64,000 nt of DNA from Tricharina praecox (taxonomy: Eukaryota), in contig NW_026250442.1 in NCBI RefSeq assembly GCF_024521635.1, positions 1-64,000 of the forward strand, read 5' to 3'. A model generated the notes under the pieces. It worked only from the letters and a program-made list of their open reading frames with translations. It was not told the origin of the DNA and ran no database searches. How positions within the stretch are numbered: the first letter of the stretch is position 1; the number at the start of each line of letters is the position of its first letter. The position numbers and the translations under genes are program-made. Positions 1 to 13,100 of the stretch are shown here, one piece after another.

Positions 1-765
1 CGTATGTAATAGGGAACTAGCTACTCTACAAAGACCACCAGCATCCTGAGGAGGAGAAGGGGAAGAGCAGATCGTCTGTGTTCATCATACCATATGCTAA
101 GTAATCTTCTCCGCGATGACCGCACGCACAGTTTCGCTTGTAAGGCTGAAAGTTGCACCTGCGCTCTGTTTGCGGGGGATGGGGGGGAGGGGGGATCTAG
201 AACCGGGAGCACGCGGAGGAGGCATATCGTTTTCAGCATGTAGGGAGTGGTGGTTGTGGTCATGATTGTGGTGGAGGTGGAGGTAAAGGTGGAGGAAGTG
301 GTGGAGGTGGTGGAGGATAGAAGTGGGGGAAGGGGAGGATGACATTTCGTTCTCAGCCCATCCATCCATCCCACTGCCCAAATGCCCACGACCAAAGCGG
401 TGCGGAACACAGTAGAGCAACTAGAGTTGAGAGAGAGAAGATGTCGATTTCAATTGTTCTCACCATTTCTGGCCGCGCTGCACGCACCACCCGCACCGCA
501 CACACATTCCCCCATGATGTTTCAGCTGCAAGACGCTTCGCCAAATTAGAGTCGAAGGTAGGTCCTCTATGATGTCTCTCGTTCACCAGAGGGCTGGGTG
601 GTTTTTATGTATAGTAGTACGTAGAGGGCATGGCCTCGAGTGCGGTCCAACTAAAGTTTTTGGGGTAACTCTTACGCCGGAAGCTGTCTAGACTGGTTGC
701 GAGTAGTTACCGACATCTGACGGGCAGGGAGGGCCACGCACGCAGAGACAAGACTTGTCGGGGAA

Positions 766-905
<140 letters not shown>

Positions 906-1639
906 GGGAGAGGGAGCGTGTGGAAGGATGGATGGGCTGAGGACAGAATAGCGAGAGAGCGACTGGCCAACGACAGCGAGGGAGGCGCAACTTGTGGGAC
1001 TTCCGCACTGACTGGCTGGCTGGCCGCTGGCGGGGCTGGTTGGGCTGGGCTGGCTGGCTGCAGGTAGCGCGGGGGAGCTTGGAATTGTGCTCGATTGTGC
1101 TTGGAAAGTGTGCTTGGAACTGTGCTTGGAGGGGACGAGCCAATTGGAATGGCAGCAGTCCCGGTTCGTGCGAAGTTGTCCAGTTTCGAGTTATATTCGA
1201 GTGAATACACAATAAGCCCGATGCCGAGAGCCCCAATGCAGTGTGGTCGGCGTGCTGCCCAGCGTCCCGGGTTGGCTGCACTAAAGTAACTCGAGCAACC
1301 TTACTGTCGCTCGTCTTCGTCGTCGCGCGCTTTAAAGGGAGCCGGTCTGGCCAGCCGTGCGAATCTGATCTTCAACTCAAAATCAAAATCAAATCAATAT
1401 CAAAAATCAGAAATCAAAAATCACGCTGCCCAAAACACGGCAACTGTGGTAACTACGGCAACTACGGTACTATACACTCGATACGCAGACTCTCGTCTGC
1501 TCTGCCAGTTCAGCACACATCTCCACCGCCAGCTCCCCCGTCATTGGCGTTCGCTCCGACCACTCGCCATACTCTGGCCCTACACCGCCACCCGTCCGCC
1601 CCCAACACTCGCCCGCCGACACCCACAACAAAACACGGG

Positions 1640-2718
1640 ATGGCCTCATACCAGCACCAGCAGCCGCCATTCTATGGCCAGCACGGCGGCGGCCCACAGT
1701 TCCCGCCCACGCCGAACCCGCAGGACGACTTTCGCGATGGTTGGCACCCCAGCGCAGCCCCTGCTCCCGCCCCGCTTCACCACCACACCCCTTGCTAACC
1801 CCTCTCCGTCGCTCTATGTAGCCGTACTATGACGCCTCCTTCGCCGCCTCCTTCGGCCACCCCTTCGACCTCACGGGCGCCACCGGCACGCACGCCTCCG
1901 GAGGCATCCCGGCCATGGCGCGCGGGCCCTCGCCCACCCACGAGGGCAGCGCGAGCAGCACCGGCAGCGGCCACAACTCGCGGGGCGGCCGCGGGTCGAG
2001 CGAGTAGAAAAGAACTGACGCCCGGGCAGAAGCGACGGAAGGAGCAGAAACCGCGCCGCGTACGTCCCCCCTGCCTCCCCCTCTCCCCACCCCCCCCCCC
2101 CCCCCCCCCCGCCGCACTAGACAGCTAACACACCCCCAGACAACGCGCGTTCCGCGAGCGCAAAGAGCGCCACGTCAAAGAGCTCGAGCAGCGGCTGGCG
2201 TCGCTGGAGCAAGCGAACACGCGGGCCGCCGTGGAGAACGACAAGCTCAAGGCGGCGCTGGAGAAGACACGGCTCGAGAACCGTTTGCTGCACGAGAACA
2301 CGATTCGCGGCAGCGGCAGCAGCGGGAGCTTGGGCGGCGGCAGTGGCGGGGCGGGCACTCCCCGCCGCCTGAAGTCGGCCCCATGGCGTTCAAACCGCTG
2401 GACCCAGAATCGCTGCGCTCCAACCCGCCAGCGAAGTTTACCTCGCCGATATTTGGGCAGCACCCGAACCGCGGGCCGATCCATCGCATCACCACCTCAC
2501 CGAGCACGGGCGAGAAGCTGCTCGGCGCGGGCGCCGCCTGGGACCTTATCATGTGCCACCCGCTTTATGAACAAGGCCTCGTCGATATTGGTGATATCAG
2601 CGAGAGGCTAAAGACCTCGCTCGATGTGATGGGCAGGGCCCGTCTTCGAGGAGAGTATCATCCTCGATGTTATACAGGCTAGTCGTGGCAGTGGGAGGGA
2701 CGAGCTGCTCGTCGATAG
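1640..2718 (+). pseudogene. Fcr3/Yap-type bZIP transcription factor with several frameshifts (pseudogene or consensus errors)
   Basis: Pieces read KELTPGQKRRKEQ(N)RAA|QRAFRERKERHVKELEQRLASLEQAN (basic region and zipper), then GEKLLGAGAAWDLIMCHPLYEQGLVDIGDISERL and ARCDGQGP-VFEESIILDVI-SRGSGRDELL, in shifting frames. Introns at ~1740-1821 and ~2061-2139. The 3' end is approximate. Confidence 0.75.
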
Positions 2719-2762
2719 TGGGGCACGCGATTATTAGGCGGGCCGGCGGGCGGGATTGTGCG

Positions 2763-2813
2763 GACTTGGAACTTGGAACTTGGAACTTGGAACTTGGAAC
2801 TTGGGACTTGGGA
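2763..2813. repeat. (GGAACTT)n heptamer tandem repeat
   Basis: About 7 copies of GGAACTT/GGGACTT. Confidence 0.85.
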
Positions 2814-3084
2814 CCGGGTGTTGGATAGGTTGGGATGGGATGGAGATTGGCGCCACTTCGTTTTTTTTCTTCTTTTTTCTTCTTTTTTTCTTCTTTTTTT
2901 GTTTCTGCTTTTCTTGACCTTTCTGTCGTGTTTTCTGATTCTTTCGTTATGGATACCTTGCTTCATATGCTTACTTTTTCATCTGATCTGATCTGATTCA
3001 CTTTTCTCTCTCGAGTCTGAGGAAAACAGTCAACAGTCAAAACGTCAACACTTCAACAGTCGTCAAATCGACAAATCGTTCTGA

Positions 3085-3361
3085 CACTTCTGGCACTTCT
3101 GGCACTTCTGGCACTTCTGGCACTTCTGGCACTTCTGGCACTTCTGGCACTTCTGGCACTTCTGGCACTTCTGGCACTTCTAGCACTTCTGGCACTTCTG
3201 GCACTTCTGGCACTTCTGGCACTTCTGGCACTTCTGGCACTTCTGGCACTTCTGGCACTTCTGGCACTTCTGGCACTTCTGGCACTTCTAGCACTTCTGG
3301 CACTTCTGGCACTTCTGGCACTTCTGGCACTTCTGGCACTTCTGGCACTTCTGGCACTTCT
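3085..3361. repeat. 9-bp minisatellite (CACTTCTGG)n, about 30 copies
   Basis: Nearly perfect tandem array; variant CACTTCTAG units with the A at 3182 and 3290. Confidence 0.97.
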
Positions 3362-3546
3362 ACTCTACATACGGTACTCCTCACTCACTGTGTATCTACC
3401 TCCACCAAGAGTAGCTGTGGATATATCCCCCTCCCCTGCAATGGGTGGTGAGCCGGGGTAACCACATATTCATCTTTTCTTCTTGCACTGCCTCACTCGT
3501 TTAACTTTAGAGTCTTAGAGTCGGTACATAACGACAACTCTAAGTA

Positions 3547-4126
3547 TGGTTGGGGACGCCTATAACCGGAGTGAATTGCGACATTCATTTTGGCTGACAA
3601 ATCACGAGTGATTATAGTGTGTCTACGCCAAAAATGGGGGGTTAATAAGTGCGCCGCAGGTAATTTTTCGAATACAGAGCAAGTAATTTTCGTAATTATG
3701 AAGATTTTTGGGCCGTATGGCCCCATTTTTGACCTATTTGGATGTGTTCTGAAGAGGTCCAAGTCGAATAGCACTCATGCGCGAGCTCAGTTTGGATGAG
3801 CAAGGATCAATCCGCGCCAAGGCTCGAATAAGGCTCACTATATGTCACTCCTATCACCGCTGTGGGAAATTAAAAGAGTGCCAGAGCCTTAGTGCATGCT
3901 ATTATTTGCGACGTTCCAAAATCCTGCCCATACAAATCAATTCTTTTCAACCCGCTTAAATTAATTCATCACGCTTTATATTTTTATTTCGCTTCTATGG
4001 CGACCTACTTTAATCCTTCCTCTATCATGCTATAGAGCTCTTTTAATTTTACTGGGTGTTGAGGTTGAGTTAAACCGGGGGTGGAGTTGGGCATTTTTTC
4101 ACTCCTATTTTAGGTGTCCCCAACCA
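3547..4126. mobile_element. Non-autonomous TIR DNA transposon (MITE, Tc1/mariner-like), 580 bp
   Basis: Left end TGGTTGGGGACGCCTATAACCGGAGTGAA matches the reverse complement of the right end, TGGTTGGGGACACCTAAAATAGGAGTGAA (29 bp, 4 mismatches). TA flanks both sides (3545-3546, 4127-4128). AT-rich interior with no transposase ORF. Confidence 0.75.
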
Positions 4127-4565
4127 TATAACCTCCCTACATAATCTACCGCATCTTCGAAATTGCTTCGTGCGAGTACATAGTGCATTGATGGGGGGGG
4201 AGGGAGGGGCGACGATGATGATGACGGGCGGCATCGTGCACGGGGAATCACTCGTCTGCGCTCTCGGTCTGCTCTGCGGTCTCGGTCTCGATAGGTGTAG
4301 TAAGGGTGAATGTTCTGGTCTTTTATAGCAGAGGAGGTACATAGCAGTAGTAAACAGACATGCATATCGGTCTAGACAACTCCCACCATATAAACAACTC
4401 AAGGAAAATGGTAATCAGAAGATGAACCTGAAGCGAAAAACAAAACAAACAGAAGCATGTTCTATCAATACAATACGCGTCCGCCTCTCATCCACGGTAC
4501 ATACATGGTATCTATCTCCAAGATCCAGATACAAGCACCACCATCCCCGGGCCCCCTGTACTATA

Positions 4566-6663
4566 TCATATTCTATCATACTCCCTCCAGCTCTTCAACG
4601 GCAGAGCGCTCAGCCTCGTCGCGGCGGGCTTGATATATCCCCAGAAGGTAACAACACCGATGAGTATACACAACACGTTCGTGACATAGTACCCGTCCTG
4701 CTGGATGACACATTTGCCGCCCTGGTCTATGCAGCGGTGCTTATCGAGTTCGAGGGCGCAGCTGAACTCCGCAAACGGGCTGGGGAAGGTGGAGGTCGGC
4801 TTCTCTGGCGGGAAACACGTCGCCGTCGTGAAGTAGTCGACTAGCTTCAGCACGAAGATCCGCGGGAAGGTCCCGCCGAGGTTGGAGACGCTGTGGTGGG
4901 TGGGGGGTTAGTAAGCGATGATGGGGAGGGCGGGGGGAAGGGGGACGTACGTGGCTAGGAGCGTCATGTACGTTCCGCCGATCTCGGGGTCGGCAATCTT
5001 TGCGTGGAACGCAGAGATGGCGACGAACATGACGGTGCCGGCGAAGGTGGAGAAAATGTGCTCTGCGATGACGACGAGGAGGTACCAGCTCTCGACCACG
5101 CCGTCTTTGGGGAAGATGTACACCGTGATCTGGGCGAGTACGGCGGCGATGAGGCGGCCGACGAAGCCCCACATCCACAGCTTCATCGGCGGGAAGTACG
5201 CACACCATTTACCAGCGTAGTAGCCGAGGGCGATCTCGAACGGGAAGTCGATCAGCACCGTCAGTGCCATGTCTTCCTGCGTGAAACCCTTGTCGAGCAG
5301 CTTGAGGTTGGTCACGGCGTCGTTCGCCTGGAAGCCGATCTTGGAGATCAGATGGATGATCACGAACGTCTGGATGTCTGTTGTCATGTGTCAGCATTGT
5401 GCCATGTATTTTCATAATAGCCTGGGAGGGTCGGGTACGCTTGAGCTTGAGGACGCTCCACATGGTCTTGTAGACGCTAGCGATGCCATCACGGTTGCTG
5501 GTTTTCTCTTCCTTCTTGAGGACCGCGAGACCAATCGTAACAAGCAGGTAGGCCCATCCCCAGAACTGGAGGTAGCCTCCAAGCGTGAAGAGGCCGTTCT
5601 TGAGGGGTGTCGAGCGGAAGTAGTGGTTCGAAAAGTCGGCCGAATTGAAGGCGAGGAACACGGTGTTCGACAAGAATTGGCCGGCGGTAAGTCCGACGGT
5701 CTGAGCGGTCGACGCATACGAGAGGTTCTCGGGGGATATCAGAGTTAACGCCCAGCCTGTCAAAGCACGTTAGTCATACGATCTCGAGCCAGATGGCGCC
5801 ATGAAACCCGGGGTGCATATATGGGCTGCAGGCGATAGATGGCGCGGGTAATAGCCTCACGCTCGGAGGGAGAGGAAGGAAACATGCATACCGTCCACCG
5901 CAACGTCCTGCGTCGCGCAGAGCATCACCAAGCAAAAGAACACCCATGTGAAGAAGTAGAGCCTCGTGTTCGCCTCTTCCATCATCTTCTCCGCCTGCCC
6001 GCCCAACCAGAGCAACATGATGGCGCTGACCGCCTGCACCGGAACGATCCAACTCTTGCGCCGGCCCATCCGCGGGCTCCAGATTGCGTCGACGATCGGC
6101 GACCATAACAACTTCATCGAGTACGGATACGACGCCAGTGTGAACACGCCAATCTCGCCGTACGAGAGCTTCGACTTGAGTAGGAACGGCACTGAGCCCA
6201 TCGCCAGCCCCATCGGCACGCCCTGCAGGAAGTAGAGCAGCACCAGCAGGAAGAAGTTGCGCCTATCCTTTGGCGACAGGTCCATCAGCGACGCGGCCGC
6301 GGGCTTCGACACATCGTGATCGTGATCGAGCGAGAAGGATTCCCGAGCGATGAGGTGTTCCGTCTGCGCGGCCGAGGATTCCCCACCTTCCACCCCTACC
6401 TTCCCGCGCCGGAACTCGACCGACGACGAGGAATTCATGCCCTTGCGCTTGCCGGATGATGAGCCACCCCCTCGTCTGCTACGATTCATTCTCTCTCCCG
6501 ATCGGACCGAAGCGGTGGTGGTGCTGCTGCTGGAGTCGGTGTCGTCAGTGTCTTCTACGTCTGGGTCGTACAGGGGCTGAAGTTCAAAGTCCTGAGTGCT
6601 GGTCCTGTTCGTCCGGAAGTAATTGTGGTCGGTGCTGGTAACGTGGAGAGGAGAGAAAGACAT
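4566..6663 (-). CDS. Acetyl-CoA transporter 1 (AT-1/SLC33A1 family, MFS)
   Basis: LLVLLYFLQGVPMGLAMGS, LASYPYSMKLLWSPIVDAIW, ATQDVAVDGWAL, DPEIGGTYMTLLATVSNLGG. Introns 5891-5757, 5438-5378, 4950-4891. Start codon uncertain (6663 or ~6489). Confidence 0.92.
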
Positions 6664-7628
6664 GCACAGCACTGAGTCTAGAGTAGATGTGGATCTCCTT
6701 TGCTTCTAAGCTGCTCCCAAGCAACTAGGTAGGTGGAGATATCTAGGCCCTTCGAGAGGTAGTTGGGCGAGCGCGTCAAGACAGGGATTCGTTTAATGCT
6801 CCACCGTGTTCAGATGATGTGGTAGCAGGGACTAGTTTGGAGTAAGTAGTCAGAGTTTAGCAGAGGATTTCGACGAGGGTCCGGATCGGAAACGACGGGT
6901 GAGACAGATAAGATAAGATTTGATCGGAGATTTGAATGAGAACGACGCCGGGACCACGGTACTAGGTATACGCACGATTGGCGATTGGGCAAGGACGATC
7001 TTGGTCGGGTCCCAGAAGCATGTCTATACTCTGCAGAGGCGTGGCAATCGCAGCTATGTTTACGCCTTACTCCCTTCCGGTGGTTCACATGCATACAGTG
7101 GCTATCATCGGCCCTGCCACTCCATTGACTCTGCTAGGCGGTACATACAGCTGTTACAGACCGTCTTGGGTTCCCAGCTATCCGTCTGGTGGGTCGCTCC
7201 TTATACTCGCGATCATTGCAGCGCAAACTCGGTACAGTGTGCGGTCTCGTGCGATAGGTTGTGGGCACCTCCCTTTTCCGGAAGCGGAAGCAAAGGAAGC
7301 TCACGGTGGAGGCGGGCGTGCGTCTGATACGAACCATGTACAGCTCAGCAGCACTATTGGTGAGTGATCTTTGATGAATGATATCAATGGGAACGTGTAT
7401 CTATGCTCTAGGTAGTACCAGCTTATACTTTCCAACCATGTTGGTGGATCTCAAGATGGTCAACGAACGGGCTTCCATCCTCTTGCGCACCCGCCTCACG
7501 GAATATCACTTCGATTTGACCGCCGGAGCACGCCAAGGACCCTGCCAATCCCGCGTCTCCAGGATGTGCACATCCACGACCGCACATCCACCCGCAATGT
7601 CTCCATCGGCAGCATCATCACCGCAGAA

Positions 7629-9189
7629 ATGGCCGTCACCGACACCGCCACATCCGACGCGCTCCCCTTCCACGAGCCGCCCATAACGCAAATCCTCGTG
7701 CACGTCTCCTTCCTCCTGCTCCTCAACATCGTCAACCACCTTCTCGATGCGCTTACCTATTGCGGGCTGGTCGGGCAAGTGCTCCTCGGCGTATTCTGGG
7801 GCACACCACTCGGCGGCCTCCTCCCACGCACAACCGAGAGCACCGTCGTAACACTCGGCTACCTGGGGCTGATCCTGATCGTGTACGAGGGCGGGCTGAA
7901 CACCGCTCTGCGGCCGTTGATGCAGAATCTCGTGCTCTCGAGCATCGTCGCGGCCACTGGCATCGCGCTTCCGATCGCACTGTCGTTTCTACTGGGACCC
8001 CTGGCGGGCGCGACGAGCTTGCAGTGCTTTGCGGCCGGCGCTGCCCTCTCCGCAACGAGTCTGGGTACCACGTTTACCATCCTGGCCAGCGCGGGCATGG
8101 CGGATACGCGTTTGGGCACTGTGCTCACCAGCGCGGCTATGATGGATGATGTTATCGGGCTGGTGATGATTCAGGTTGTGGCGTCGCTTGGTGGGAGTGG
8201 GGGTAATGTCAGCGGGGAGGCGGTGGCAAGGCCGGTGGGTGCTAGTGTTGGGCTGTTGATTGCGGTTGTGATTGGGGGGTGGGGCCTGAAACGGACGCTG
8301 GGGACAGTCGAAGTGAAGGGGTGGGGGGAAACGCTGAAGGCGAAGGTGGTAATGCAGACGGCGATGCTACTCGCCGTGGTGACGGCGGCGAGTTACGCTG
8401 GTGCTTCGGTGCTTTTTGCGGCCTTTTTGGCGGGTGCTGCGGTGGGCTGGTGGGATGATGTCCGCACGAGAGGGAAAACGGGTGATAGAGTCTCTGGGGT
8501 ACATGTCTTCGAGACCTATTACTCCCCCATCAACAGGCGGCTTTTGGCACCGTTCTTCTTCGTAAGTACCACCCACGCAGCAGTTTCTGAGGATGCCTTC
8601 TGATCAGCGACAGGCATCAATTGGCTTTTCGATCCCAATCCGCCAGATGTTCGCCGCCACAACCGTCTGGAAGGGGCTGGTCTACTCCCTCCTGATGGTG
8701 CTCGGAAAACTAGCTACAGGCGTCTGGCTCCTCCCCGTATCGCCGGTGCTGACAACGGTATCGCAACGGCTCCGCGAATTGCGGAAGCTGGGCGTCACAC
8801 CCGCACCTCCAATTCCCCATACTCCCCAAAGCACTCCCACTACTACTACCACCGAACCCAAATCGTCGGAGGCCGCTTCCCCCGCAATCGCCGCCGCAGA
8901 AGACGCTAAACCCCCGAAATCCCTCTACCCAGCCTCGATTCTTGGGCTAGCCATGGTGGCGCGCGGAGAAGTTGCATTCCTTATCGCATCCGTGGCCCAG
9001 TCCTCGGGGATATTTGATTCCTCCGAGGGATTGTATCTCATTGTCGTCTGGGCCGCCATGGTGTGCACCATTGCCGGCCCGCTGGGCGTGGGCAGTCTTG
9101 TGCGCCGGGTGAAGGCGCTGGAGAAGACGCGCGCTGATACACGAGGCAATGGAGGTGTCAGTGTGTTGGGTGTTTGGGGGGTTAGTTGA
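7629..9189 (+). CDS. Cation/H+ antiporter, CPA2 (Na_H_Exchanger) family
   Basis: LPFHEP N-terminus, LGYLGLILIVYEGG, AGAALSATSLGTTF, SAAMMDDVIGLVM, GLAMVARGEVAFLIA. Intron 8562-8613. Confidence 0.9.
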
Positions 9190-9884
9190 TGCATGTACAC
9201 AAGAGAGAGAGAACATCAATTTATTGTCGCATGCGGCCTTACGAGACTATGGCGACCAACCGATGTATGTAAACGGAGATCATATGCGAGGAATATATAG
9301 AGTCCGAGTGTTTATCCGTGATCCCGGGTCGAGAGCCAAACGCCCAATTTCGATCCCGACCATCCGGTAAAATATCCCGACGTTAAGCCATAGTTAACCT
9401 CACCCTCGTTTTACATACCTACCACGGCCCCCCTCCCTCTCGTAGATCGTTCGCCGGAACCCATTCCGTCCGTCTCACAGTCCTACATATGTACTTACTT
9501 TCTTACTTGCACGCACGCATAGAAGGTCGTATTCGCTTCTTCAGCCGGGATGTTTTGCCTATGTAATCTACCGGAAAATACGAAGATATGCTTGAACGGC
9601 TCGTTAAACTGAAACGCGGCACCGTGACCCCGTGGTCCGACAGAACCGTTGCGCCGTCCATGCGCCTCTCACACAGCGCCGGAGTCCGGCGGATCAGCAG
9701 GATCTGTGCCACGGAAGGGCGGGCGGGCGGCACCTGAGGGGGATCAAAGGGATGAAAGGGAGGGAAGAATGATGGAAGGGATGGAAGGAGGGAGGGAAAT
9801 ATATAGCCTACACATGCCCACCTCCTCGAAAGCAAGCAAGCAAGACGGAAATAAAATAAAATAAGAAACTATGTTGGCTGACAG

Positions 9885-10317
9885 CGAAATCGCGCTCCTC
9901 CTCGTGATCGGAAACTTCTTGTCGGCGTGCTGGAGCTACTTCTGCATCGTGTCCTCACTGAACCAGTACCGGTTCATGCGGCGTGAAGAGGTGGTCTGGG
10001 TATGTATCTCCTCTCCCCCCTCTCCCCCCAAAACCCTCCCCTCTGTGTTGTCTTGTTTGCTCACGATGGATACATAGTATGCGCTGTGGTACAGCTGCAC
10101 CACCTACGCCTTCCTCGTGTCGGTCACGAATCTGGGCGTGGCGGCGTACGTAGCGGTGCGCCTCGGGTGGCGGGGAAAGGTCTTTGGGCGGGGGAGGGTG
10201 GCGCTACGGATTCTCGGGGCGGCGGTGGCAGCGGTACTGGGGGCTATGCTGTGTTTCGTGCCGTTACGGATGACCATGATGCAGGCTGAGCGGGCGGGGG
10301 TGGGGCATTTGGGATGA
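9885..10317 (+). CDS. Small hypothetical membrane protein (3' exons; first exon not located)
   Basis: Three hydrophobic segments joined in frame across a GTATGT..TAG intron at 10000-10077; upstream GCTGACAG acceptor. Confidence 0.45.
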
Positions 10318-10417
10318 GATGAGATGGGATGGGATGGGATTTGTTTTTGCTCGGGCGTTTGGGTGTACTTAACCAAGGAGTATTTATATTATACGGTTCA
10401 ATTCATTGACTGGCGGT

Positions 10418-12836
10418 TTACAAAGGACGTATCCGCGCACTAACCGCCTCCTTCACGCCGAGCGTCAACACGGCGGCCTTCTGCGCCTCACCCACCGCCT
10501 CCTCCAGCGGCAGACCACGGACCATAGCGGCCACCAGAACGCCGAGGAACGTATCCCCCGCGCCATTAACGCTTTGCACGCCGTCCACTCCCAGCTTCTC
10601 AGCGGCAAAATACCTCACCTCGACACCACCCACCTCCTCTCCCTCCCGTGCCTCCACAACAACACTCTCCCTAGACCTCCGCGGCTTCTCGCCCACCTCC
10701 AGCAGGCGCACAACAATGACGCCCTGCTCGCCCAGCTTAACGAACAGCCGTGGGATGTACGGCAGCAGCGACACCGCCTTCTGGACGATTCCGCTCTCGG
10801 AGAGGTCGACGCCGGTGCGCGCCGCCAGTTGGTCCACGCGGTCGCGGAACCCGCTGTCGATCGTGAGTGCATCGATCGTGGGCCACCACGGCAGCGACGT
10901 AGAGAATAGCTCCGCCGCTGTCGCCGCAGAGTACATGCTGTCTAGCTCGTGGATGTTGGGCGCCGCAAGGTACAGCGCACATGAAGGGTGCGAGGGAAGC
11001 GTGGCGTGGAAGATGTGTGCTGATTTTGCGGTGGAGGTGGGTTCGAAGATGGCTGGTGGGCACTCACTCGTTAGCTGTATGCACACGGTATCACTCGGGT
11101 TAGGAGGGACCTTTGATCCCGGATTTGAGACAGTATTCGAGCACTCCCTTTGTCGTCTGCTGTGATAGATTCCCGTCGAGAACCACCCACTCCGCATTCG
11201 CAGCTTTAATCACCTCGGTGACATCTGCTGTCCCCAGGTGCTCGATGACCCTCATGTCCGCACTAGCAACGAACAGCCCGCCGTTGGCATCGTTGACGGC
11301 AACATACCTCGCTGTAGCGCGGGCCGGGTCGGTGAAGATTCCCTCGGTATCCATCCCGCGCTCCTGTACGCGCTCGCGCACCCATGAGCCGGCAAGGTCT
11401 GCGCCGACGGAGGATACTAAGCGGGTCCGCACGCCGGAGAGGTGCAGGGCGTAGGCAACGTTATTGCCGACGCCGCCGAGGGACTCGGTGATGGTAGACG
11501 GGTTGGAGGTGTGCAGACTTGGAGTCGGCGAGGAAGTGTCGCAGTTTACGTCTACGGCTACACCGCCGACTACGACCACCTCTGGGGGCGGCGATGGAAC
11601 TACGGGGTTTGCCTCCTCCTTCGGGCGTATCTGCGAGGGTGGGATGTGCGGCATATGTGTCTGCCTACGCTCGCTAAATACAAAACAATCAGGACCCATC
11701 GGTTACAGTGGACGAAACTAAAAGCCAGCAGAATTCCCAGACCCAGTGCCCTCAAGCCTTGCCAGTTCTACGGCGACCTTTGCTCCCATCGCAGCGTTGT
11801 TCAGTATCAGCCCACGATTGGCCTCGATGCTGCGACCACCGGTGCGCTTGAGTATGTCGTTGAGGATGAACGGCGTGACGTCTTTCCCGCTGGACTTCCC
11901 TTCCGCCACTTTCACCGACTCGGCAATGATGGACTGTATCTCCTCGTTCGGGATCTCGTATGCCGCCGGAATGGGATTGGTGAAGAGGTGGCCCGAGGTG
12001 AGGCCAAGGGAATGGCTTGCGTCTGGGGGGCACAGCACTCATGAGCACCCCTCACCATGGACAGTCACTCATTCATCGAACTCACAGATAATCCTGGCGG
12101 CCTCGTTCGCATCTTCCACCACGCTCGGCGCCTTGATACCACACCCTCTACTCCAAAACGCCGGAAACTCGACCACCTCCCCGGCATCCCTCCCATCCCT
12201 GAACGTGCCGACATAGACCCCCTCGGTCTCCAGATACTCCAGTGTCCGTGGCAGATCCAGGAACGCTTTGGAGCCCGCACATACAACAGCGACAGGCGTG
12301 CGTCCCAACTCCGTCAGATCCGCAGAAACATCCATGGTATTCTGAACACCCCTGTGGACGCCGCCCAGGCCACCAGTCGCGAATACCTTAATCCCGGCGA
12401 GGTGCGCAAGGACACTCGTGCCCGCGATCGTCGTGCCACCGATCTTCGTCGCGCCCGCGCCAGCAAGGAGATATCCCAGGTCTCGTCTACTCACCTTAGC
12501 GGTACCGCTCTTCCCCGCTGCGTCAGCGAGCTGCTCGAGCTCCTTCGCCTCGAGCCCGATCCGCGCCTTGCCGTTGAGGATGCAGATGGTGGCGGGGACT
12601 GCGCCGTTCGCGCGGATGACGGCCTCGATCTCGCGCGCGAGCGAGAGGTTCGCCGGGTGCGGGAAGCCGTGCGTGTAGATTGCGGATTCGAGCGCGACGA
12701 CGGGATGTCCGGCCGACAGCGCCGATTGCACTTCCGGCGTGATCGACAGGTATTGCGATAATCGCGAGGAGGCGCGGAGGGTAGAGTAGTAACGCGGAGG
12801 GGCGCGGAGGCCGCGGCGGAAGAGGAGGGAGCGCAT
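10418..12836 (-). CDS. Bifunctional pseudouridine-5'-phosphate glycosidase (IndA/PsuG) plus PfkB pseudouridine kinase
   Basis: Glycosidase motifs VVALESAIYTHG, KVSRRDL, ATGGLGGVHRG, DVSADLTELGRTPV, GKDVTPFIL. Kinase motifs SLGGVGNNVA and SVNGAGDTFLG. Introns 12085-12023, ~11742-11674, 11110-11053. Confidence 0.93.
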
Positions 12837-13100
12837 TGGGGTGGTTGGTGGTGGGTGGGGTGGTGTGGAGTGGATCAAGAGTCGTGGGACCCTGGAGGGC
12901 CCGTTTGTCGGCAGTCTCCGATGTCACGAGTGCGGAGACTAACGAGCTTCGACACCAGCTTCTAGAAGCTCAGATGATAGGCTTTGAAGATTACACCGGG
13001 ACTTTTCCATAAAGCTACAGAGCAAAAAACCCAAACACGAAAAGGCAAAAGAAAAAGGAAAACCCGACCCTGCGAACCCCTAAAAACTAACAGCGGCCCT

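Noticed and set aside
3037..3384. (EVP)n ORF, or a CRISPR-like array
   Set aside because: Non-ATG ORF produced by a stop-free 9-bp repeat; no spacers, and the context is eukaryotic.
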